A DNA stretch of 39,924 nucleotides, taken from Thraustochytrium aureum (Eukaryota). The number at the start of each line of letters is the position of its first letter. Within the stretch, counting starts at the first letter, position 1. The translations under genes and the position numbers were made by a program. The stretch lies in the NCBI GenBank assembly GCA_012862495.1, contig BLSG01000380.1, positions 25,998 to 65,921 on the forward strand, given 5' to 3'. Shown here one piece after another: positions 11,728 through 22,044 of this stretch. Under the pieces are notes generated by a model that worked only from the letters and a program-made list of their open reading frames with translations, was not told the origin of the DNA and did not search any database.

Positions 11728-14058
11728 ATGGACTCGCCTCCGTCAACCTGGCAGCGTTTGCGGGAGCGGTTCAAGACGACGGATGGAGCAAGTGCAGCAG
11801 AACGGTCCCCGCTGCGGCTAGCTGGAGAAAGGGCTGTGGCCCCCCGCGTTTCCCAAGCGCCCAGACAAGAGTTTACGCATGGGGCGCTCCGAGGCTCGGC
11901 GTCCAGCGGGGACTGGGCCAGCACGTACCTGTCGGCGTCGCTGGGTGAAACGAGCTCTTTCGGGGTCTCTAGTATGTCAAACTTTGGCGAGAGAGTGACG
12001 ACCCCTGTGATCTCATCAAGTGCGATGGATGTGTCGAGCGTGTTGGACGCCTTACGCAAAGCGAAGCTGAAATTCGAGTCCGACTCGGATGACAGCGACA
12101 GCGAACAAGTCACTTCCAGTGAAATCCGGGCTCGGCTTCTCGGGCACAGCGCCGCCTTCGCCGGCAATACCAGCAGGAAAGAGGAGCCAGTGACTCAGGC
12201 GGAGATGTCAGATTGGGTTCAGCGCATCCAGAGCGCCTACGCTGACGAGAACAGGTCAAGCCAAGCGCGCGTAGATCGGCAAGACCCTTCTGTTGAAAGT
12301 GCTACCAAAGCTCGCAGCATTATCCGGGACTGGCAAGATGGCGAGCGCATGGCGCGCACGGTCAAAGCACGGGTTTGCGGGCAGCGGGTTCGCCCAGTAC
12401 CCGCCATTCCGCCGCGCGCACGGCGACAGCATGTGGACAACAAACTATGCGAAGAGGCCAAGGCCAAAGCGCAGCTCGAGACAGCTTCCGCAGGCCTGTT
12501 TGCGTGGCACGTGGAGAAGCCAAAGGCGACATCCGCCGCGCAAGCCCAAGAGCAGCAAACGCGACGCCGGCCCCAAAGTCTAAGGTCGAGCCTCGGCGAA
12601 GCAAGGCGCAAGAGCTTGCTATACTGCGCTTTGAAGCGAAGCTGCACCTCAAGGCGCTGCAGATCACGTTCGCGACGTGGAGCCTCGAGGTGACTCGACG
12701 TCGCGCGTGGAGAGAGGAAACGCGGTCGCTAGGCTCTGCCAAGCTAGCGGAGCGGCGCCGCATGCGCGGCTTGCGAGTCTTTTTTCAAGCGCTTGTTGCG
12801 GAGCGCGCTCTTCAAAAATCGATCCGAGCGCGCGGGTGGTGCATCCGTTTCTTCGCGCGCTGGAGGCAAGCGCACAGGCTCTGGACGAGCGAGCGTCGGG
12901 AAGCTGAGAGGAAAATGCGCCTTGAACAACAAATGCAAGCTGCGAGCAAGGTCTGGGCAAAGCGCCTCACGCGCCGGACAATGGCGAGATGGTGTCACAA
13001 CGTCAGATGTATTAAGCTCGATCGAGAGCAGAAGAGGAGCGAAGAGCGTCGGAAGGCGGAGATGGCCGCATTCCTCGCCAAGGTCAAAGATAACCCTCCA
13101 AAACCACAAAACCAAGTCGACAGAAGCGATGCCGAGTGTCGAGCAAGCAAGGCCGTCGCTTTCGCAGACTTCGAGGGCGGTCGACGGCGGCGCAGATCAA
13201 CCCTTTAGCAGAGCCGGTATTCGAGGCGCCGTAAAGGGAAATTCTCGAGCTCCACCGCCAGCCCAGCCGCCGGCGCCGCCGCCCCCGCCGCCTGCCGAAG
13301 TGGTCAGAATGCACCAGCGAGCTGCAGAGCGGCAATGCAGGCGTCAAGAGTTGCAAAGGCAACGAACGGAGCTAGAGCAGATGAGACTTGCAGAGCAAGA
13401 GCAGCGCACCTGGGAGCAAGAGCAAACGATTCGTAACGCCAAGCGCCAGCAAGCTTTGAAGCGCAAGCAAGAGCGCGAGCGCGAGCTAGCTGAGCGCCGC
13501 GCTGCTCACGAGCGATCCATGTTATCAGACTTGCATCGGAACCGCGCTGTGCTGTGGTACCGCGGGCTGAAACCGTGGATACTCTTGCTCCGTCAAAGCA
13601 AGGCCGACGAAAGGCGCGCTGACGAGCACTACCTGACATCCCTGAAACTGCGCACGCTGCTCTCGCTGCGGCGGTTTTCGGACGCGGCCCAAGCCGTTCG
13701 ACGCCAGAAGGAATCGGCAATGGACCGCGCAGCGCGTCACTTTCGACGGCGGAGCCTGCTTCGCCTGGGATGGAGGCTCATAGCGGATCGTCATTCTCGT
13801 CTTCGAGCACGTCAGCTCGCTGTGCGCGCCCAGCACCGGCACCTGACGCAAAAGCGCGCCGTGAGGGCTTGGCGGGAAGCTCTCGCTCGCAAGGTCGCTC
13901 AGCACGCTGGCTTTTCCAAGCGGCTTGCAGCGGGCAAGCTTCGGCGCGTCTGGTCTGCCTGGGTTGAACGGGTTGAACAGGCTCGCGTTCGGGCGCGCGC
14001 GGATGCGGAGAAGCGGCAGATGTGGTCCAAGGTACGCGACCTGATTGGGGATCTTTAG
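11728..14058 (+). CDS. CCDC191: CCDC191-like coiled-coil protein with Sfi1-type Trp repeats. Two frameshifts join ORFs 11728, 12375 and 12793.
   Basis: The C-terminal order 'MHQRAAERQCRR', E/Q/R coil, 'LHRNRAVLWYRGLKPW', 'ADEHY', periodic 'RAW/SAW' and 'KVRDLIGDL' parallels CCDC191 as I recall it. Confidence 0.7.
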
Positions 14059-14653
14059 GCGCGCATCGCGTCACAGCGACGCATCGAAAGCCTCCAGTAT
14101 ACATTGCAGTCCGTAGGGCTAGTACGATCGACCCGCGTGAAGGCGAGCACGTTGCAGTTGAACTCGTCCAGCCCGCGTTTGTTCCTGCAGCTCGCATTTC
14201 TTTCTTTTTATTGAATCCAAACCGCATGCCCGAACAACGCAAGACAACGTCCGGAGACCAAAACGCGCTTGCCATCGTCTGCGGCCAGACGGAGGTGCCT
14301 CGAGCGAGGGCAGACTGTTGCTTGTTCACGAGTACGTAACGAACGTAACGAAAGATTCGACGACGGAAAGATCCGTTAAGTGTTGCCAGCCCTGTGTCCT
14401 ACTCGAGAGCGCGGCGTTGGGCGTGGTGGGGCGGGCTGGCTGGCTGGCTTGACTGCCAGCTCTTGCATGCAGAGCAGTATCGACCTGCAGGCATCGCAAG
14501 GCAAGTGGCTGGCCGTGCGCTTCGGGGCGCGCTGGAACCGTCGGTCTCGAGGAGCATCTTGGGCTGCGGGCAGAGGTTTTGCACGAGCCGCGGGTTTCGA
14601 GCATACGACCAGCGTCAAGTCCCTCGCGGTAGGCGAGACGGGCAGGACGCACG

Positions 14654-15345
14654 ATGACGAACAATAGCTTGTCGGCGCACATGTACAAAGATGGGCACGT
14701 GACGCACAACTGGCAACAGAGCAGGTTTCTGAAGGAGTCCTTCGACAACGAAGACGCGCTCCGAGCCGAGGTTGAAAGGTTTGGCAAGGCCAAGTACAAG
14801 CGCAACACCATGCTCGATTGGAAGGAAACGATGTCGACAGCAGTAAGTTGCGCAAGCTCGTTTTGATTGAACGGACTTTGGAGCGCCAAGTTTGGGCGTC
14901 GGGGTCTCGAAGCGCTAACTCGGCTGCTCGTTGTTTTGGAAAGCGCTCAAGCCGGTCTGGGCGCTCGAGCAGATCCAGCCGCTCTAGCGTCCCGGGTTCG
15001 GCACGCTCGCGGGGTGGGGATCCAGAGTGTTCGTGCTCTGCTCGCTCCGAATCCGTGAAGAGCTGCCCCAGCACCATGCGCTCGTTTACGAGCTCGAGCT
15101 CGAGCAAGTGCAGTTGCGGGTGCCACGAGCACACTGGTCGCTCGTCTTACATGAGCTCATCATCAAGTCGCTCCTCCCTGTCAAGTATGAGTTCGCGCAG
15201 CTTTGGATCAGCGCGCACAGATTCAACAGCAAGACTAGATCGCCTGCACCGACACAAGTCCCGGCTCGAGGAGGAGCTCCAGAATTTGGAGGCCGAGCTA
15301 CATGGCTACAGCCAACGCTCGTCTCGCACAACGGCTTCCTCGTGA
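14654..15345 (+). CDS. Hypothetical Ser-rich protein with C-terminal coiled coil. One frameshift or a short intron near 14820-14890.
   Basis: Overlapping ORFs 14654..14866 and 14818..15345. Ends 'RLDRLHRHKSRLEEELQNLEAEL'. GTAAGT at 14843 is an alternative explanation for the frame change. Confidence 0.6.
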
Positions 15346-15522
15346 TCGAGTCAGACTAGACTCTACAAAAAGCGCTGCGCTCTGGGGCCATCGCAGTTGC
15401 CGCAGTCAAATATGAGCTTATTCGTTTTCAAAAGATCAAGATGGTTTTCAGGATGTAGCCGCTGCCCCAGGGTGGCAACACGGCTGCAAGGCGGCGTTTG
15501 GCCGTCTGCACCGATGACAAGC

Positions 15523-17641
15523 CTACGCGTGCGACGCGAGGCGGCGGCGCCCTGTCGGAAACCGGTGCAAGTTCTGGTTGACCCACTCAGAAGCAGCCTC
15601 TTCGGAGAACTTTGACCTGTCAAAGATGATCGCGACCACCTGCTCGGTCATGTCGTCCTCGCGGCGACCCATGAGCAAAGACACCCCCGGTCTGCTGGAG
15701 CCGCGGTCACGCTTGCGGTAAAACGAGTCGAGTTGGAACTCATTAAAGTCCTGGAGCTCGACCTTGCCGCGGTGCGCCGTTGAATTCGTCGCAAAGGTGA
15801 AGCAACGCTTGCCAGCTGCCTCGGCCGCGGCCGCCTCCTGAGCTCTATAGCGCGCATGAGCTTCCGCTTGCACGCGAATGTGCGCCGCGGCCTGCGCTTT
15901 GTCTCGCAGGGCCTCTTGTTCCTTTGCGAGCTCGGCTGCACGAGCTGCGGCTTCTTCCTCCTCCTTCTCCTTGGACTTGGCGAGCTCCCCACGGCACGCG
16001 TCCAGGAGGGCGGAGCTCTCGATCGCCTTCTCCATTTCTTTGATTCTGTTGGCCGACTTTTGGCGTTTGAGCGAGTTCCGTCGCTTGAGCGAGCCACGCT
16101 GCTTGGCCTGCGCTTCGCCCGCTGGCTCGGTGGGCTCTCCCGATTCTTTTGCGCGCATGAGCGCCTTGCACTGGTCGATGAGCGAGTTTGAAGTGTCGCT
16201 GCGCTGGATTGGGCTATGCGGGCCACTTTCCTCTGCGCGCTTGATCTTCTGGTCGCCTCGCTGCTGCTGCTGCATGTCCTGGTCTTGGTCGGGCTCGATG
16301 TCGGAGACTGCATCTTGCCCGAACCCGCCAAGAGACTGCGCTGTCGCCTGAATGGGCGCCGCTTGCTGCCTAACAACACTCGCGACGTTGGAAAAGGTCG
16401 CAGCGCGGGTGAAGCGCTTTGGTTTGTATGTGCACCCTTCCGTCTCCTTTTCCTCCTGCGCGGCCCTGATGCGCTGCGTCTTCTCGCGCTTCTTCTGCAG
16501 CATGAAATTCTGTCGCTCAATCAAGCTCATGCTAGACAGCGACTTTTGTGTGTTGGCCAAAAGAACGACGTTGCCTGCCTTGCGCAGCGACGAACCCATG
16601 TCGCTTTCCGATCTGCGCCGTCGTGGGCCTTGTTTCGATCCTGGCCTGGAGGCGGTCCCTGTACTGGCCCCGTCTGCGGCGTCCTCAGCGGCGTCTCCCG
16701 CGGCGCCGTCCGTGCGCGCTGTGACCTCGTCCTTGCTTTCTACCACCATGTCTTTGCCTTCNNNNNNNNNNNNNNNNNNNNNNNNNNNNNNNNNNNNNNN
16801 NNNNNNNNNNNNNNNNNNNNNNNNNNNNNNNNNNNNNNNNNNNNNNNNNNNNNNNNNNNNNNNNNNNNNNNNNNNNNNNNNNNNNNNNNNNNNNNNNNNN
16901 NNNNNNNNNNNNNNNNNNNNNNNNNNNNNNNNNNNNNNNNNNNNNNNNNNNNNNNNNNNNNNNNNNNNNNNNNNNNNNNNNNNNNNNNNNNNNNNNNNNN
17001 NNNNNNNNNNNNNNNNNNNNNNNNNNNNNNNNNNNTTCGCTGAGCGCGTCGCCGCTTTCTTCGGCCAGCAGCAGCTGCGCCTCCGAGTTGTTCCCCGTCG
17101 TGGGGCTGCCGAGGGCCATAGCGAGCGCTGGGGCTGCGACCGCCTCATCTGTCTCAGGGGATGCCGGGCGAGCGACGGCCAGTCCCAGCTCCCGTGAAGC
17201 CAGCACCGTTTTGATGCTCTCGGACGAGGCGAACAGTGGGCTCAACGGGCTCATGGCGCGCGTCACGGAAGCAGCGACAGCAAGAGCTGCCTCGCTTTCG
17301 CCTGGCTGCAAAGGGTGGCCCGGTACGTCTGCGAGCTCGATGCAAATATGCGCCCAGCATCGGTTGCGCTTGCTCGGCGAGCAGGCGTTTTCGCTGCCTT
17401 TACGCAGCATGGACTTGACCAGCTGAACTGAATCTTCCTCCATGCCAAGGTGGAGAGGGTTGCTGCGTAGCCAGTCTTGCACTCGTTCCGCCTTTTGGGG
17501 CCACCCGTCGGCCTCTTCGCGCGCCTCTTCTCCGTTCTCGCCAGCGGCGGCAGCCTTTTTGAATAGGAATGGTCGCCTCCCGCGCGCGTAGCGCAGCACA
17601 TTTGCAGCTGCTGCGCCCGCGGGCACTGCCACGTCGTTCAT
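15523..17641 (-). CDS. Hypothetical protein with charged coils, a 'GCTYKPK' motif and a compact C-terminal domain. Spans an N-gap.
   Basis: ORF 16685..17641 runs into the gap and ORF 15523..17148 runs out of it. Protein-like composition on both sides. Confidence 0.7.
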
Positions 17642-18430
17642 CGCGAGATTCTAAGCGAGCACCGTTTTCACCTGAGAGCTCCGGAGCGCCTGCCTGCAGT
17701 CGCAGAGCGTTTGGCTCTGCCAAACCGGACAACCACCTCGGCAGCGTCCGGGCTACTTCCTGGCAACGCTGTGGGCGAGGCGCGCACGGCAGGCAATGGA
17801 CGGCGACTCTGCAGACCAGCGTGGCCGCCAGGGAAAGCCTCGTTACTGCTACTGGTCGCCGCCGCATTGGCGTCCGAGACGGCGTGGTGCGAGGGTTCAC
17901 CGGACATGCCGAGCGCCCCTCTAAAATAATACGCCGAGCCTGAAAGTCGCTAGAATGTAAAATAGAGGAATATAAATCCGGTACGTTCTGTCGGCTGCGT
18001 CCAGGTCGTCTTTGTCGCTCGGGCGCTCTCTCCTGCGCGCAGCCTGACGGCATATCCGACTGATTGCCCACTGTGGCTCTCTCTCGCAAGCTCTAGCTAG
18101 TGTTCTGGAGAGACAGTGGCTTCTGTAGGCTTCGAGCGAGTTGCCCATCGTTTGGGAGAGCAGCGCTTGTGGGAGGATTGCTGCGTCTCTCCCTCGGCGG
18201 CTGCATAAACTCGAGCGAAAACGCCTCCCAGCGCTGGCGCTCGGCCAAGTGACAGCACTGCGCTGCTGCGAACTGTATGTAGATCGATCGTCGATCAGAT
18301 CATCGAGATCAGATCAGTTGGCCGCCTGTGAGGAGCGCAGCGAATTGCGGTGAGCGATCGGATCGCTCAATGCGCAGCAACGCAACGCTCGTCCGGCAGA
18401 ATCGCTCGCGCTCGCGGCGCAAGGAAAGCG

Positions 18431-21400
18431 ATGGCAGAGCAGCTGGCAGCAAGGTCTGCGATGCCGCTACGCATCCTGAGCGGAGCGACGCAAGGGCGCG
18501 ATGGAAAGGCGGCGAAGGGGAAGAAGCGGCGGCGCATCAACAGCAAAGCGGGCGATGCTGGGCGAGAGATGTGGAGCGAGCAAGCGCGCGAAGAGGAGGA
18601 CGAAGGGCTCCCCATAGGCCACTCAATTGTAGCAATAGTTGACTCGGAGGTGGAGTGTGCCGAAGCGCTGTTCAAAAGCCCACGGCCAGGGCTGCCGCGG
18701 TGCGCGCCGAATGAAGTGGAAACCATTCTCAAACTTCGGCGCGCCTCGCTTCTGCCCAGCTCGCTTGCCGAGAATCATACCCCGCGCATCTCTAAAAAGG
18801 TAGGAGCAGACGCGTCAGCGGCGGGCGCACGCCGATTGCAGCAAAGTCCACGCGGAGAGCGAGACGCGGAAAGAACGCGCGAAATGCAACGGGCCACGGG
18901 ACAGCCAACATCGCCCTCGAAATCCGCAGAAAAGAGTCCCGCCTCAAGACGCGCGCCAGAGATTGTTGCCGTCCGCCCTATGCGCGCCCTGCGACGCAGC
19001 CGTTTCGCCCTGCTGGTAGGCTGGGCCGCGGATCGTCGCCGGATGCAGCAGCAGCAGCGCAGCGTCGAGCAAGTGCAGGGACGTCGACGCCGAATTCCCC
19101 TCCCCGCACGGCCAGGCGACTGCTTCGCGAGAGACGCAAAACAATCGCGGAAGGCGAGGAGGTCGACCGCGAGGCGGCTCTCCTGAAAGGGATGCACCGC
19201 GAGACGCTGGAAGACGAGATCCGGCGCTTGACAAACGAGAACAGCCTTTTCGTTAAGACGCTTGCCTTCTCCGAGCAGCTCACGAAGCGCAAGGAGATGG
19301 AGCTTCGAGAGCTTACCGCTCGGCTTGAGCTCGAAGAGCGGCACCTGGACGACACTTTGGACCAGTTTAAAGAAATGCACATCAAGCTGCGCGAGCTCGA
19401 GGTCTCGGTGCAGCGAGTGAGCGTCGATTGCGCGGAGCTGCAGTTTCGGCGCAAGCAGCTTCAGAGGATGCACTTACGGACAATGGACACGCGAAACTTG
19501 TGCAGACNNNNNNNNNNNNNNNNNNNNNNNNNNNNNNNNNNNNNNNNNNNNNNNNNNNNNNNNNNNNNNNNNNNNNNNNNNNNNNNNNNCGAAGCTCTAT
19601 CGGCCTTGGCCAAGCTAGGCCCAACGCACGGTCCGAGCGAGCTGCGCCGCAAGCTCCACTCGCTTCAGCAGGAAACGGACCAGCTTCATCTCGAGCTCGT
19701 CAAGCGCCAGCGCAGCCGAGAGGTCGAGACGGCCCGTCACACGAACAAGCTGAACGAGCGGCGGCGGATTCTGCTCGAGGTTCACCAGCTCCGAATGCTG
19801 CAGCGAGACACGGCGATCCGGCGCAAGGAGATCGTGCTCAAGACCAAGGGCGACCTCAACAAGCGTCAAGAGCAGCGGCTCCGACACACGAGCGTGCTGA
19901 CGGAAAAGCGGCGCAGCGTCGTGGGTGGTGTATTGGCGAGTCTGACGGCACACGTCACCAAGTACGAACAGCTGATCAAGCGCATCCAGCAGGCGACGGG
20001 CATAAAAGAGATTAGCTCGGTGGTGGACCGCTTCTTCGCGCAGGAGCACAAGCGCATCCGCTTGGACAAGGATTATTCCGCGGCTCTTGAGCGGCGCGAT
20101 GCCTTGCGGTCAAAGCTAGAAGGGGACTCGAGCAAGCTCCAGCATTTGCGCGAATACGGCGTCGAGAGCAGCGGCGAAGTCCATGACTTTGCCACCCTCG
20201 AGCAACGGCTCCGCGACGCGCGGGGCTCCATGCGGTACAACCAATCGCGAGTGCAGGGCGCGTTCCGACTCATCGTCACCCTGGTTGGTGGCCTGCTGCC
20301 CATGTCTCGCCTTGTCTATGTACCGGTGCCACCAAACCTTTTCCGCGCCCCCGCTGTGGAGGAGCTCGCATCGGGGCAATATGCGAACCAATACGCGCGG
20401 TCAGTGAAAACGGTCTTGGCAGATATGCTTCGGCGACTGGAGGCCGTGTACTTGGCGTTGCCAGGTGTAAAGCAGATCGGAGAGGCCCGCAGCACTTCAG
20501 CTCTGGTGCCCTCGGCGCACAGTGCCTTTCTTCTCGCATCATCCGAGTCGTCCTCGCCCAAGGACCAGTTGAGGACCGCCCGAACGTCTGTCTCGGGGCT
20601 AAACCTCCAAGATGTCGCCCTCCAGGAAGACGGCATTGGCGCTTCGCTGGACAGCCGATTCGGCATGCGTTCGCCGAGCATGTCGTCGGGGCTAAATGAG
20701 CTGCCCGACGTGGACGTGTCGATTGCGAAAGACGCCTCCAACATTCGCGTCAGACCTCGGCCACCTTCTCCAGGCAAAGAGACGCTCGATCAATCGGGTA
20801 AGCCGCAGAGCGCGTTATGCCACGCACCGGATGAGCCGCAACAAGGCAGCCGGAGGAGCAAGCCACGAGGCAAAGCCAAGGGCCAACGCCAAGGCGCACC
20901 GCGCGCGCGGCGCATGTCTCGCAGTAGTGGAACAGGTCAGAGGTCGCCGCCGCCGATCGGCGCTGAGAACGGCGCGGCCGCAGCGGCAGACTCTGGCGAA
21001 GGAAGTGCAGAGCACGCTGCACCCGATGCTGCGCGAGTTGCAGAGGCGAACGGGCTGGACGACGCGAGCGGTGGGCACGCGGCGCCGACGGGCCGAGCGG
21101 ATGCAGCGTCTCTCTCGAGCGCCGACTTGACCGACGACGAAGACCTCGAGGACAACTGCTTTGTCTTTTTGCACCACGGGTTTAAAGACGGCAACGATGA
21201 CTTAGTCCGCCTCTCGTCACGCCACGTCAAGGCGCGGGGCGACGACAAGGCACGGGAAAAGCATGAGATGATGGAGCACAACAGGCGACTGCTCGAGATC
21301 CTTGGCAAGGCCCGATTCAACTACTTGCACCCGGAGGCGATCCCGGCGACGGAGTTGTACAACAAGTTTATGCGGCCCAAGGGCGTCAAGAGCACGTGCT

Positions 21401-21759
21401 TTTCTCGCGAGGAAGCGAAGCTAGTCTCACAGCAGCTGCTCATGCAAGACCAGCAAGCCGTCAAGCACCACACGGTGAACCGCACGCACGACTTTAACGT
21501 GCGGCAGGCCTCGCTGGCGAAACTGCGAACCTCTCGCGCGTCCAACATGAACCTGGTCGCGGGGGGTCAAGGACTGCAGCACGGCGCACCTCCAGGCGCA
21601 TTTGAGGGCCGCACCAAGTCGAACACTTCGTTCAAGCTGCGCGGCGCGGGAGCGGCTGGCAGGGCCTCTGCAGCCACCTTTCGAGTGCGAAGCCCGCCGA
21701 CCAACTTGACGTCGTCACCTGCTGCTAGTTCCGAAGAGCTTGCGGGGGACGGCACGTGA
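18431..21759 (+). CDS. Outer dynein arm docking complex-like (ODAD3/CCDC151-ODAD1 family) coiled-coil protein. One frameshift between 18796 and 19186.
   Basis: Long coiled coil with 'KYEQLIKRIQQATGIKEISSVVDRFFAQE', matching the family motif (YE..F.KI..ATG...+.E+V..F..QE), followed later by 'SNIRV'. Confidence 0.6.
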
Positions 21760-22044
21760 GCAGCAAACACAGAGGTTTTCGGGCGCGCGCGCGGCTCGCC
21801 GAGGCACTCGAGAGATAGAGAACTTCGCGCCCGGCTTCTCACTGATTGGTCGAGTCGGAGTAAGAGATGGACTTCTTCATTTGATTTTGTTTTGTTGTCG
21901 CTTCGCACGCACGATGCTGCGAATAGAGACGGCTCGGTCCGCTGCAAGGGGGCGCACTAGTGATCAAGACGTCGAGCCGCGCGCTGCGCTGACCGGCTGG
22001 CCTGGCATGCGTGTTGTCAGTTTTTGCTTGGTGCCCGGGCCTTT

